Below are positions 22,678 to 33,121 of a stretch of 64,000 nt of DNA, piece after piece (within the stretch, counting starts at the first letter, position 1; every line of letters starts with the position of its first letter). The stretch comes from a virus (Duplodnaviria; Heunggongvirae; Uroviricota; Caudoviricetes). Both the position numbers and the translations under genes were made by a program. The notes beneath the pieces are model-generated. The model saw only the letters and a list, made by a program, of their open reading frames with translations, was not told the origin of the DNA and ran no database searches. Location of the stretch: IMG/VR virus record IMGVR_UViG_2579778941_000001; one strand, 5' to 3'.

Positions 22678-23222
22678 CAATTGACTATCAGGCACTGCGA
22701 GATGCGGCAGTTGCAGTAGAAACAGAACCTATGCATCAAAATTTTGTGGCGTTTCGTATGGCGTTCACGCCATCGGTGGCACTGGCACTACTGGATGAAA
22801 TTAAGCGGCTGGAAGACACAAATATTGATGCTATGTGCCGTATTGCAGAGCTTGAGACTAATCTCGCGGCGCTGGTGGCAGAGAACGCCGGACTGAAACA
22901 CGCAATGGCCGTAACTCTTGAGCATGTGTCGGTCACGGATGCAGGGCAGGCTGGTGTTGATGCAATGATTATCAACGATGCCCTACACCACAGCGAAACT
23001 CCAGCTACCGATGCTTTCCTGTCTGAAGTGCGGGCGCAGGGGGTGGATGCTGCTATAGAAGCTGCAAAAAATCTGGTGGCCCAAGAATATGAGTATAAGG
23101 ATTTCAAAGCGGCGCAGAGTGATTGCTGTATGCACCCTGGTTCAGACCTGGTAGGGAAGGTTGAAATGACTGAGTGGTTAGTTGACTTTGCTGCCCAGCT
23201 TCGCAAAGGAGGCAACCAGTGA
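22665..23222 (+). CDS. Ea22/Ead-like protein (paralogue 1)
   Basis: IDYQALRDAAVA...VALALLDEIKRLED shared with next gene. Confidence 0.45.
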   Translation: MARMTIDYQALRDAAVAVETEPMHQNFVAFRMAFTPSVALALLDEIKRLEDTNIDAMCRIAELETNLAALVAENAGLKHAMAVTLEHVSVTDAGQAGVDAMIINDALHHSETPATDAFLSEVRAQGVDAAIEAAKNLVAQEYEYKDFKAAQSDCCMHPGSDLVGKVEMTEWLVDFAAQLRKGGNQ

Positions 23223-23971
23223 GCGAAATTAATTACCAGGCACTGCGTGAGGCGGCGGAACGTGCAATTCCAGCAATGGAACGCCTGTTAATGTTGCCAG
23301 CTGATGATGATTTGTTAAGTGAACAGGAACTTAAAGATTACGGTGTGGATATTGATGCGCTCAACGCCTTCAAATTTCTGACCGGACCAGAAACCGTGCT
23401 GGCGCTGCTGGATGAACGGGAAAGAAACCAGCAATACATAAAACGCCGCGATCAGGAGAACGAGGAAATTGCGCTAACGGTAGGGAAGCTGAGAGTTGAG
23501 CTTGAGGAAGTAAAACAACACGCTGAAGAATTATCCGAAACCAAGGCTGTTCGTAACCAATGGCGGCCAGATATTTGCCCAATAACCGGACGTGCATTTT
23601 TCATGTGGATTGAGCATCCAACATTGGGAAATGTGCCGACATATGGTGGCCCATTAGATAGTTACACCATTCCAACAAAGGACGGTGACGGTGAGTTTTC
23701 ATGTGAGCGTTACGATCATGATTTTGGCGGTTGGGTAGAAAGCGAATGTCTTGGGTTATATCTGATTGATGATAGAGAACAATGCAGGGTCTACGAACTG
23801 GAGGAACGCGTTAAGGAACTGGATGCTCGGGAAATATCGCTCCCGGAACGTAGCAGCATGCTTCATCGAACAGATTTTCACGATGATTACCAAACGGTAA
23901 TGGCATACAAAGTTTCTGAGGTCATCGCTGCAATCCGCGCCGCTGGCATCCGTATCAACGGAGGTGAGTAG
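23219..23971 (+). CDS. Ea22/Ead-like protein (paralogue 2)
   Basis: INYQALREAAE...VLALLDERERN. Confidence 0.45.
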   Translation: MSEINYQALREAAERAIPAMERLLMLPADDDLLSEQELKDYGVDIDALNAFKFLTGPETVLALLDERERNQQYIKRRDQENEEIALTVGKLRVELEEVKQHAEELSETKAVRNQWRPDICPITGRAFFMWIEHPTLGNVPTYGGPLDSYTIPTKDGDGEFSCERYDHDFGGWVESECLGLYLIDDREQCRVYELEERVKELDAREISLPERSSMLHRTDFHDDYQTVMAYKVSEVIAAIRAAGIRINGGE

Positions 23972-24143
23972 TGCGTGTGGTATGTATCAGCTTGTTACCG
24001 TACCCGACTCGTTTTTGGGCTTCTGCGCTAATTGCAAAGCCACATGTCCTGATGGCTGACAACATCATCCCGGCACCAAAGCGCCGCCATACCGGTATTG
24101 CAGCGGCACGACGAGCAGCAAAGAGACGCAGGAGAGCAAAGCG

Positions 24144-24320
24144 ATGAAAAACCGTAAGGCAAAACGACTTTTTTTACAGCGGCCTGTGCGTGTGGTGGAG
24201 CTGGTTATTAGCAACCATAAGATAGCGGTACTCCATCCATTTGGTCAGGTGGCTTTTGCCGCAAAGCGTAAGCCTACTGCGTCACAGAACAGGCGGAAGA
24301 AAGGGTACGCAGTAAGATGA
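24144..24320 (+). CDS. Small basic protein MKNRKAKRLF... (58 aa), tandem paralogue
   Basis: Below track threshold; shares N-terminus MKNRKAK with ORF 24317..24505 and a 21-bp DNA repeat. Confidence 0.3.
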   Translation: MKNRKAKRLFLQRPVRVVELVISNHKIAVLHPFGQVAFAAKRKPTASQNRRKKGYAVR

Positions 24321-24505
24321 AAAACCGTAAAGCAAAGATTCTGTTAGTTCGTAGAAACGCTCCTGGCGTCTGGCAGTGGGTGAGACTCAGCAACCGACGG
24401 ATGGGGTTGATGAAATATTACGGGATGATGGATTGTGGTTTTTGCAAAAAGCCCAGCGCGGCGCAAAACCGCTGGAAAAACCATTTGCGCACTAAAGGAG
24501 AGTGA
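24317..24505 (+). CDS. Small basic protein MKNRKAKILL... (62 aa), tandem paralogue
   Basis: Same N-terminus as 24144 ORF. Confidence 0.3.
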   Translation: MKNRKAKILLVRRNAPGVWQWVRLSNRRMGLMKYYGMMDCGFCKKPSAAQNRWKNHLRTKGE

Positions 24506-24506
24506 T

Positions 24507-25022
24507 ATGGCGTTAACACACCGCGAACTCTGTCAAATTGCGTACAAGTTCCTTAAGCGCAACGGGTTCAAGGTTTGTTTTCATGACCGCTTTATAGCTG
24601 TAACCAGTACCGGAGAACAGCCAGATGCTATGGGGTTCAGAAATTCAGCATCATGCCTGATAGAGGCGAAGTGTTCTCGTGCTGACTTGTTGGCAGATAG
24701 AAAAAAGCGTTTCCGTAAAAATCCCTCACTTGGCATGGGCGACTGGCGATTCTTTATTAGTGAGCCGGGAATTATTTCAATTGAGGATTTACCACCTGGC
24801 TGGGGATTACTTCACGTTGTTAACGGAAGAGTACGGAAAGTACATGGGTGGCCCAAGGGTAATTGCTGTTGGGGTAATCCTGACGATAAGCCATTTACTG
24901 GAAATAAGCAGGTTGAATGCGATTACATGTTATCTGCATTAAGGCGCATGGAGTTGAGAGGGCACCTTAATGAAATATATGACGGTGTAATTGTTAATAA
25001 GAAAGAAGGAAACGCGGCATGA
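24507..25022 (+). CDS. Hypothetical protein, possible PD-(D/E)xK-like fold
   Basis: AAAGGAGAG RBS before ATG 24507; PDAMGF...IEAK spacing. Confidence 0.4.
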   Translation: MALTHRELCQIAYKFLKRNGFKVCFHDRFIAVTSTGEQPDAMGFRNSASCLIEAKCSRADLLADRKKRFRKNPSLGMGDWRFFISEPGIISIEDLPPGWGLLHVVNGRVRKVHGWPKGNCCWGNPDDKPFTGNKQVECDYMLSALRRMELRGHLNEIYDGVIVNKKEGNAA

Positions 25023-25882
25023 TCACTATTACCAAAGAGCGACTGCTGACAATCAAGCAGTGGCGCGAAACATACGGACCTGATAGCAACGTTGTACTGC
25101 CAGCAGAAGAAGCGGAAGAACTGGCACGAATTGCACTGGCATCGCTGGAAGCAGAGCCAGTTGCTTATATTTTCAAACATCCGGCCGGGAAATTATTCTG
25201 GGCTTTAACGGATGAAAGCAATAAAGAGCAACCGGACGTTATTCCTGTTTATGCTGACTCACCTGCGCCGGTTGTGCCGGATGAAATAGACGTAAACGAT
25301 GTACCAAGGGCGGTGACATATTTCAAGACACACAGAGATTGTTACGCAGATGGCTGGAACGCCTGCCGCGCCGCCATGCTTCAGTCCGGAAACTTTCGGG
25401 AAAACAAGAATTCGTCAACCAATAATTTTCGGGAAATCGCGGAAACGTCAACCAACTATCCGGTAATTCCTAGTGAGGTGTTGTCCGCAATCCGGGAGGT
25501 TGCCAAGATTCGTGCCGATTTCGATGATTTTGACGGTGACAGGCGAGGTATCGGTGATTGTCTGGATGAGGTCGAGCAAGAGCTAATCGTTACCATTAAC
25601 AAATATGCCAGTCAGTTGGCAGCAGAACCTATAGCGCCTAATGACGTTCGAGAGCAGACAGCCATTCCGCAAGTTCCGGTAACTCAGGATGGTTGGATAA
25701 GCTGTAGTGAGCAAATGCCCGCTCAAGATGATTGGATTTTAATTTATTCAAAGCACGGTGAGTATATGGCAGGACAGGTGCAAGGGGAATACGTGGAGTT
25801 GAGCGACGGCACTTTATCCTGGTTAGGGAACGCCTTGTTCTGGATGCCTCTACCAGAACCGCCGAAGGAGGTGAATCAATGA
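25019..25882 (+). CDS. DUF551-like C-terminal domain protein
   Basis: C-terminus GWISCSEQMP...DWILIY...FWMPLPEPP typical of enterobacterial prophage DUF551. Confidence 0.45.
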   Translation: MITITKERLLTIKQWRETYGPDSNVVLPAEEAEELARIALASLEAEPVAYIFKHPAGKLFWALTDESNKEQPDVIPVYADSPAPVVPDEIDVNDVPRAVTYFKTHRDCYADGWNACRAAMLQSGNFRENKNSSTNNFREIAETSTNYPVIPSEVLSAIREVAKIRADFDDFDGDRRGIGDCLDEVEQELIVTINKYASQLAAEPIAPNDVREQTAIPQVPVTQDGWISCSEQMPAQDDWILIYSKHGEYMAGQVQGEYVELSDGTLSWLGNALFWMPLPEPPKEVNQ

Positions 25883-25946
25883 GCTGGCCTGAAGCATTCA
25901 CCACGGTAGGAATTGTGATGGCGGCAGCACTGGGTTTGTATTCAAT

Positions 25947-26198
25947 TTGTCGCTGGTGGTAACGATGGGGAAAATAACTTTTGTAGTCGAATTTGAGGAT
26001 GGTAAAGAGCCACCTGTTAGCGCCAATCTTGATGTTGCTGGTGGCAGGCTTGTTTCGGTTCTATTTGGTGACTACCGAGATGATTTCTTCCAACCAGAAG
26101 AAGTTGATGTGGTGCGAGAGGCATTAAACGAGTTAAGTGTTGATAACGATGATGCTCATGCGGAAATCATCCAAAAAATGGAACTGCTAACTCACTAA
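25947..26198 (+). CDS. Small acidic hypothetical protein
   Basis: 83-aa ORF. Confidence 0.3.
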   Translation: MSLVVTMGKITFVVEFEDGKEPPVSANLDVAGGRLVSVLFGDYRDDFFQPEEVDVVREALNELSVDNDDAHAEIIQKMELLTH

Positions 26199-26676
26199 AT
26201 TATCAATTATGGTGCTATCACCTACGACACCGAGAGAAAATTTATAATGTCAAAAGTAAATGTTTTGATTTTTTCAGTAATTGTAGGTTTTGGTTTTTCT
26301 GCTGGAGTGCATATTTATATTACGTGGGAAAAAATCATCAACTACGTATGGAGTTGTTTTATTAAGTGAGGTAAGTATGTGGAGAGGTAATAGTCATGGC
26401 AAAAGCCAGATGATACTTACCGAATATCAGTTTGACCATAAAACCAATAAATCACGTTCAGTATATTTGCTTCGGCACAATAGCCGCGTAAGGAATACCG
26501 TGCTGGAGCAAAATCTGACTGTTGAAATGGATAATTACGGGGGCTTCAAGCCAACAATTTCGCTTGATGATTTTCCTCGTGGTTTAAGCGAAAGAGAAGC
26601 AATGCTGAAATTAGCAGAATGGCTACAAAGATTAAGCATTGCTATTGAAGATAACTGGTCTGAACCTTAAATTTAT

Positions 26677-27051
26677 ATGATGACACTAAAACATTTTCTT
26701 GACCGCCCATTATGGGCGGCAGCCGCAGGCTATGACTTTAATTATATGGATTGCATGTCTTATACCGCCAATGCATACGACCATTCCTTCAGTCTGCTGC
26801 TTAATTCTTTAAGAATATTGCCGCAAACAGAAGTTGGAGAGCTTCATTTATGGCTATTGGGCTTTATCGCGGCTGGAGTTGGTATTGCTGTATGGCCTTT
26901 TATTTTCTGGCTGGTGGCTGTTGTAGTGTGGTTTAAGTGCAAGACGTACCGGAGAAAGTATTTCTTAGGTGATGGAATGACTGATATTGCCAAAATGAAC
27001 ATTGAAAAATGGATTAAGGAATGTGAAAAGAAATGGCGCAAAAAGAAATGA
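26677..27051 (+). CDS. Small membrane protein
   Basis: Two hydrophobic helices (LWLLGFIAAGVGIAVWPFIFWLVAVVVWF). Confidence 0.4.
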   Translation: MMTLKHFLDRPLWAAAAGYDFNYMDCMSYTANAYDHSFSLLLNSLRILPQTEVGELHLWLLGFIAAGVGIAVWPFIFWLVAVVVWFKCKTYRRKYFLGDGMTDIAKMNIEKWIKECEKKWRKKK

Positions 27052-27971
27052 CCAGAATCACTGAAGAGCGTATATCAGAGATTATTTCCCGTATCGAAAT
27101 GTATGGTCACGGTGCTGGATATACGGCAGATGAAGTATTGGCACTTGCCCAAATGGCTTTGGCGGCTTGCAAAGATGATAAAAAAATGAAGTTTATCGAC
27201 TTGTTAGTGAAGGAGCTGCCTAAGTGCGGCGGGTGGCCTGATGGAATGAGTTATTGTTACCTACCCAGTGTCAATTTAATGGCACCATGCGCGACTTTTG
27301 CTTTTGGCTCAGACCACAAAAAAGACACTTTCTTTGGGCGCAATTTTTGTTGTGAGATTGAGCTTCCAATTGGTGACCTTGATAGCGATGAATACCAGTC
27401 AGTTGTCACTCGCGAACAATACGAATCAGCTCTCATAGCGTCGCAGAAAGTCGAGTTCAATGGTGATGAACTTGAAAGTAAGACTTACAGGTTGGATTTT
27501 GGGCAATGGCTGGAACAGCAACGCGGGAAAATCGATGTGGACTGTGGTTGTGTGTCCACTGAAACATTCATGCACTGGCTGCGGGTAGCTTACGAGGCTG
27601 GCAACTATCCGGATATTCCGGATAGTTCGGTGCCAGCACCAGGAAAGGGCGTCACCGGTGAACGTATCCGAATTAAGCCGCATGTTTATCGCGAACTGGT
27701 TAACCGTCTCCACGATACAGCGATCAAGTGTGCTGGCACCCAGCAATTACGAGAAAGAATAAGCCGTGTTTTGGGCGACGTTATTACACCAGATCATCAT
27801 AAACAAGCCGAGAAAAGTGGCCTGGAAAGGTGTCGCCTTGAGGCGGCATTAAACATTAAGCCGGGGCATACGCTTGGCATTATTGATGCACTATTGGTTC
27901 ATAAGATGGCCAGGGCTTTATTGCCGCTGGTGGCTGAAAAGCATGAGGTGGACCATGCCAACGAAAGCTGA
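27033..27971 (+). CDS. Hypothetical protein
   Basis: 312-aa ORF in plus-strand operon. Confidence 0.4.
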   Translation: MAQKEMTRITEERISEIISRIEMYGHGAGYTADEVLALAQMALAACKDDKKMKFIDLLVKELPKCGGWPDGMSYCYLPSVNLMAPCATFAFGSDHKKDTFFGRNFCCEIELPIGDLDSDEYQSVVTREQYESALIASQKVEFNGDELESKTYRLDFGQWLEQQRGKIDVDCGCVSTETFMHWLRVAYEAGNYPDIPDSSVPAPGKGVTGERIRIKPHVYRELVNRLHDTAIKCAGTQQLRERISRVLGDVITPDHHKQAEKSGLERCRLEAALNIKPGHTLGIIDALLVHKMARALLPLVAEKHEVDHANES

Positions 27972-28606
27972 ATTACAGGTGCGCGTAGATGAGCTTGAAA
28001 AAGAGAACGCGAGCCTCAAAAAAATGCTGTCGCGGGCGGAAAGGGAATTATCAGGCAAATTATTGCCAGAAGAACTGCCACCAGCAGATATACCTGATCG
28101 AGTGTCCTGGTGGATGAAGTATTTCCGTGCACCGTGGGAGGCGTTTTGGTGCTACGACCATCGCAGATGGTGTGATGAACTTGATAGCAATTTTCCCTAC
28201 TTTGCGGAAGGGAACACCTGCCCTCAATGCAGGGGATAGCATTTGACGAAATCGATCACCCTATCCTGAACTTCAGAAAGAAGGTCTTTTTCACGCGCCA
28301 GGACGTCAGGATATTGACGTTCTGGCCTTACCAGATGCCGGAGCTTCCCATTAAGCAGAATGGCCTCAGAAAACACTTTTACGCTGTGCTTTATCCCCTC
28401 TGTTTCACTTTTCAGCGTCAAAATAAAGCGCAATTGCTTATTAGCCTGATTCGGATTCAATACACGAATTTGCAGTTCGTCTATGCTGTTCCGCAATGGG
28501 ATTGATGCTACCACACTGGTGCAGTCTCTGATTGTCTGAATTGAACGGCTAACATTGAGAACGTTATTGTGCATGTGCCTGATCCACTAACTCCTGGAGG
28601 TTTCTT

Positions 28607-28858
28607 GTGTCAGATCGAAATATAGCAGCTAAAAGCCAGGAAGAGCGAGACAAGGTGAACGTAGACCTTGCCGCCAGCGGCGTTGCTTACAAAGAACGGC
28701 TGAATATACCTGTGATTGCAGAGCAGGTGGCTCGTGAGCAACCGGAAAACCTGCGCGCCTATTTCATGGAACGGCTACGGCACTACCGGCAGTTAAGCCT
28801 CCAGTTGCCAAAAGGGAGCGATCCGGTGTATCAGAACGAGGATGCACCAAAAAAATAA
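28607..28858 (+). CDS. hot: DNA polymerase III theta-subunit homologue
   Basis: [36 protein letters not shown] aligns closely with E. coli HolE; GTG start with GGAGG RBS. Confidence 0.85.
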   Translation: MSDRNIAAKSQEERDKVNVDLAASGVAYKERLNIPVIAEQVAREQPENLRAYFMERLRHYRQLSLQLPKGSDPVYQNEDAPKK

Positions 28859-28981
28859 CGGCAAGATGGGGGAGAAATGTGATTAGCCCCCAGCGTGGCG
28901 CGCCTACAAACCCCGCTTTCACAAACTATGCCTTTTCAATGTATACTGTATGAATAAACAGTATCATTGAGGTAAAACGCT

Positions 28982-29371
28982 ATGGGCTTCCCTTCTCCTG
29001 CGGCGGATTATGTTGAAAGCCGAATTTCTCTTGATCAGCAGATAATTAGACATCCTTCAGCGACCTACTTCATGCGGGCAGCTGATAGCCATCACCGTGA
29101 GGGAATATTGCAGGGTGCTTTGCTGGTGGTTGATTCCTCGCTTACTCCGGTTGATGGTTCTCTGCTTGTGTGCGCTATGGAGGGTGAATATCGCATAAAG
29201 AGATACAGGAAGTATCCGCGCCAGCACCTGGAGGACTTAAGCACCGGGAAGAAAGAGGCGTTACCAGTAGATGACGATGGATACACGGGCAGTAATGCTG
29301 TTTTTGGTGTGATCACTCATGTCATCAATGATGCCCGAAGTGGGGAATTTGATGATTGTCCGGTTATTTAA
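28982..29371 (+). CDS. humD: UmuD-like (S24 LexA-family) protein
   Basis: UmuD'-like C-terminal fold; position before phd-doc as in P1. Confidence 0.75.
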   Translation: MGFPSPAADYVESRISLDQQIIRHPSATYFMRAADSHHREGILQGALLVVDSSLTPVDGSLLVCAMEGEYRIKRYRKYPRQHLEDLSTGKKEALPVDDDGYTGSNAVFGVITHVINDARSGEFDDCPVI

Positions 29372-29443
29372 GCTGCAAAGTGCTGGTGCTTTATGCCTGT
29401 GAAGTTTATAATTGTGTACACATAACGAGTACACGAGGTGTTT

Positions 29444-29665
29444 ATGCAATCCATTAACTTCCGTACCGCGCGTGGCAACCTTTCTGAAGTGCTCAACAAT
29501 GTTGAAGCCGGGGAAGAGGTTGAAATCACCCGCAGAGGCCGTGAGCCAGCAGTAATTGTCAGCAAGGCTACTTTCGAAGCCTACAAAAAAGCGGCGCTGG
29601 ATGCTGAATTTGCATCCCTGTTTGACACCCTGGACTCCACCAACAAGGAACTGGTTAACCGATAA
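29444..29665 (+). CDS. phd: Phd antitoxin
   Basis: [41 protein letters not shown] matches P1 Phd as I recall; 73 aa; track ORF starts 2 codons upstream. Confidence 0.9.
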   Translation: MQSINFRTARGNLSEVLNNVEAGEEVEITRRGREPAVIVSKATFEAYKKAALDAEFASLFDTLDSTNKELVNR

Positions 29666-30045
29666 TGAGACATATATCACCGGAAGAACTTGTTGCGCTT
29701 CATGATGCGAATATAAGCCGCTACGGCGGCCTGCCGGGAATGTCTGATCCGGGTAGGGCAGAGGCCATTATCGGGAGAGTTCAGGCCAGAGTTGCCTACG
29801 AAGAGATCACCGACCTTTTCGAAGTCTCCGCCACCTACCTGGTGGCTACAGCGAGAGGGCATATATTCAATGATGCCAATAAGCGTACCGCGCTAAACAG
29901 TGCGCTGCTATTTCTACGCCGTAACGGGGTGCAGGTATTTGATTCACCTGAACTGGCAGACCTTACCGTAGGCGCTGCGACTGGCGAGATATCTGTATCT
30001 TCTGTCGCCGACACGTTACGTAGATTGTATGGTTCTGCGGAGTAG
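29665..30045 (+). CDS. doc: Doc toxin (Fic-fold kinase)
   Basis: Fic/Doc motif [10 protein letters not shown]; 126 aa; overlaps phd stop. Confidence 0.9.
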
Positions 30046-30049
30046 ATTA

Positions 30050-30229
30050 ATGGCACGTAAATACAACAAGTTGTCCCGTGAAGCGTTAAAGATGCTTCTT
30101 GATGGCGTGAGCCGCCGCAAGGTAAAGCAATACCTGGTTGGTAAGCAAATTGGAGTCAGGACCGCTATTGCTGTGTTATGCCGTCAGGAAATGGTTGTGC
30201 TTAAACAGAGAATGCCGGGCAGCAGATAA
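30050..30229 (+). CDS. Small basic protein downstream of doc (pdcA-like position)
   Basis: MARKYNKLSREALKMLLDGVSRRKVKQYL. Confidence 0.3.
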   Translation: MARKYNKLSREALKMLLDGVSRRKVKQYLVGKQIGVRTAIAVLCRQEMVVLKQRMPGSR

Positions 30230-30256
30230 AGCCCAATCAGTGATTAAAGGTGTGAT

Positions 30257-31300
30257 GTGAAAGCCATAATTACTCCCTTTGTACAGAAAGAGCTTGGCCT
30301 CGCCACGTTCAAAGTGGATCAGGAGGTCAGAAAGCTGGTGGAGGCTGGCCGTAAATTTATTATGGAGCCGGTGCCGCGTGAGTTAATCGAGCACATGGAA
30401 GACGGCCTCGTTGTTACCGAGCAAACCATGGCAACAAATGAGGCGTTGCAGCCGTTTTTTAACAGCGATGAACTGTTTCGCCGTATTGGTGGAATTGACT
30501 CGCTGGTGGCGTGGTTGCGTAGGAAAGAGGGTCAATGCCAGGCCGCAGATCGTAGTTGGTGTGACAACCATATTGTCCACGCTGAACGAGACAATAGCGC
30601 GGTGTTGTTGTGCTGGCATCACGATAACCATTACCGGATGCGTGGTTTTAATGAGCTGAAAGAAACGCTGCACAATAATCGCGTTAACTGGATACTGGAT
30701 GTCGCCCGTCAGGAAATGGGCCTTTCAAATAGCCATGATTTAAGTATTCAGGAGCTGTGCTGGTGGGCTTTCATGCGCAACATGATGCACCTGATGCCGG
30801 AAGAAGTCTGCCGCATATCAATAAATAAGATGAAGGCTACTCCGCAGGATAGCGGACCTCTGAAAGAGGCGGATATTCGCCCGTATGACGATCGCGCTAC
30901 AGCATATGTTCAGATGATGGAAGAACGCGCCGCGCCGATGCGTGCAAAAGTATGCCCTGTGGATGTTGACTCCGACCCAGGTATGGCGCATTTCAAAATA
31001 CCAAAACTTCAATCGCTAAAATTGCCCGAGTACATGGACTTTGTGGCTTCCCGTCCATGCTGTGGCTGTGGAGCTGCGGGAGCTGGCGCTCACATTACGC
31101 CTTATATCGTTCGTCATAGTCGATTATGCGCGCATGACATTTATGCTATTCCTCTGTGCCAGTCATGCCAGCGTGATATTGAGCGTGACCGCGATAATTG
31201 GGAGAAGACGCACGGTAGGCTGGCGATGCATCAACGATTGTTCTTTGATTACGCGCTTGGAGTCGGCGCTATCACAAGTCATTCGTCGAGCGTTAGATAA
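30257..31300 (+). CDS. Cys-rich protein downstream of doc (pdcB-like position)
   Basis: C-terminal [12 protein letters not shown]...CAHD...CQSCQRD cluster. Confidence 0.45.
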   Translation: MKAIITPFVQKELGLATFKVDQEVRKLVEAGRKFIMEPVPRELIEHMEDGLVVTEQTMATNEALQPFFNSDELFRRIGGIDSLVAWLRRKEGQCQAADRSWCDNHIVHAERDNSAVLLCWHHDNHYRMRGFNELKETLHNNRVNWILDVARQEMGLSNSHDLSIQELCWWAFMRNMMHLMPEEVCRISINKMKATPQDSGPLKEADIRPYDDRATAYVQMMEERAAPMRAKVCPVDVDSDPGMAHFKIPKLQSLKLPEYMDFVASRPCCGCGAAGAGAHITPYIVRHSRLCAHDIYAIPLCQSCQRDIERDRDNWEKTHGRLAMHQRLFFDYALGVGAITSHSSSVR

Positions 31301-31301
31301 A

Positions 31302-31331
31302 ATTGCTCTAATGTATTGCTATTTCTTTAAT
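31302..31331 (+). promoter_or_regulatory. Tandem/overlapping C1 operators upstream of lpa
   Basis: ATTGCTCTAATGTATTGCTATTTC. Confidence 0.55.
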
Positions 31332-31388
31332 CGAGGGTATTATATTCGACGTTGATTAGTTGACATGGGCTAATCAGTAGGTGACAGG

Positions 31389-31841
31389 ATGTTACTTAAC
31401 TGGCAGGGACGCCACTTCATGGAAATAAATCACTCACGAATAACATCGTACGAGATTGCGGATTACATGATCCGCACTAAATCTCTTCTATCAGCGAAAG
31501 AACTCGCAGCAATTCTTGAAAAGGAATACCCGCATCTGGATGTCGATAAGCGCGATGTTTATCTGCGCTTAAAGGCTATCGCTGTGTCTAAGTATTCGTC
31601 TGTTTTGATTGATGACAGTACACGCCCACGTAGATTTCAGATCCACTCTCTGAATCCTGAATTCTTTCGCCGCAGCCGCGCTCCGCGCCGGTTTGATGAA
31701 AAACTCCAGAACGAACTCTATATGACGCAGGACGAAAAGGAACGCCGGGAGCACCAGCCTTGGGTGATGGCGCGTCAACTTTTCAATAAGGTGGTCCGTC
31801 AGCACCGTCATTACGGTAATGCCACATCCGCACGTATCTGA
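31389..31841 (+). CDS. lpa: Late promoter activator (assigned by position immediately upstream of pacA and C1-controlled promoter)
   Basis: Synteny with P1 lpa-pacA-pacB; operator upstream; no motif check possible. Confidence 0.5.
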   Translation: MLLNWQGRHFMEINHSRITSYEIADYMIRTKSLLSAKELAAILEKEYPHLDVDKRDVYLRLKAIAVSKYSSVLIDDSTRPRRFQIHSLNPEFFRRSRAPRRFDEKLQNELYMTQDEKERREHQPWVMARQLFNKVVRQHRHYGNATSARI

Positions 31842-31867
31842 TTGATTGCTTGCCCGTTCCGGGCCTT

Positions 31868-31890
31868 TTGACATGTGACTTTCGTTACCC
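31868..31890 (+). promoter_or_regulatory. Late-promoter-like element upstream of pacA (TTGACATGTGACTTTCGTTACCC)
   Basis: Shares ACA-GTGACT---GTTA pattern with the prt and structural-operon elements. Confidence 0.45.
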
Positions 31891-31927
31891 TCGCGTCAAA
31901 AAGAGTTTTATACGAAAGGAAGCATAA

Positions 31928-33121
31928 GTGACCTGGGACGATCACAAGAAGAATTTTGCTCGCCTGGCGCGAGATGGTGGTTACACCATCGCACAGTATG
32001 CCGCCGAGTTTAATCTTAACCCTAATACCGCACGTCGTTATCTCCGTGCCTTCAAAGAAGACACCAGGACAGCGGACAGCCGCAAGCCAAATAAGCCAGT
32101 CAGGAAGCCTCTAAAAAGCATGATCATTGATCACGCTAATGATCAACGTGCATGTGATCACATTGTGGCTGAAATGGCTGAAAAACAAAGAGTTAATGCT
32201 GTTGTCAGTGCCGCAGTCGAGAACGCTAAGCGCCAAAATAAGCGCATAAATGATCGTTCTGATGATCATGACGTGATCACCCGCGCCCACCGTACCTTAC
32301 GTGATCGCCTGGAACGCGACACCCTGGATGATGATGGTGAACGCTTTGAATTCGAAGCTGGCGATTACCTGATAGATAACGTTGAAGCGCGGAAGGCCGC
32401 GCGCGCTATGTTGCGTCGGTCCGGGGCCGATGTTCTGGAAACCACTCTTCTGGAAAAGTCTCTTTCTCATCTCCTTATGCTGGAGAACGCCAGGGATACG
32501 TGTATTCGCCTGGTGCAGGAAATGCGCGATCAGCAAAAAGACGATGATGAAGGTACTCCGCCTGAATACCGTATCGCGAGCATGCTAAACAGCTGTTCCG
32601 CGCAGATAAGCAGCCTGATCAACACCATTTACAGCATCCGGAATAACTATCGAAAAGAAAGCCGGGAGGCGGAAAAGCACGCTTTATCTATGGGGCAAGC
32701 TGGCATTGTTAAGCTGGCATACGAACGAAAGCGTGAAAATAACTGGTCAGTGCTGGAAGCGGCTGAATTCATCGAGGCGCATGGAGGAAAAGTGCCTCCC
32801 CTGATGCTGGAGCAAATCAAAGCCGATCTGCGTGCTCCTAAGACCAATACCGATGATGAGGAAAACCAAACAGCATCTGGCGCTCCATCACTTGAAGATC
32901 TGGATAAAATCGCGCGAGAACGGGCCGCCAGCCGCCGCGCTGATGCCGCATTGTGGATTGAGCATCGTAGAGAAGAAATTGCCGATATCGTCGATACAGG
33001 TGGTTATGGTGATGTCGATGCGGAAGGCATATCAAACGAAGCATGGCTTGAACAGGATCTGGACGAAGACGAGGAGGAAGACGAAGAAGTTACCCGCAAA
33101 CTGTACGGGGATGATGATTAA
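31928..33121 (+). CDS. pacA: Terminase small subunit / pac-recognition protein
   Basis: 397 aa; contains the pac hexamer cluster inside its 5' part; acidic C-terminus; GTG start. Confidence 0.8.
32121..32279. other. pac packaging site: 4 + 3 TGATCA/G hexamers (32121-32160 and 32251-32279) flanking the cleavage region
   Basis: TGATCATTGATCACGCTAATGATCAACGTGCATGTGATCA ... TGATCGTTCTGATGATCATGACGTGATCA; each hexamer carries a Dam GATC site. Confidence 0.8.
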
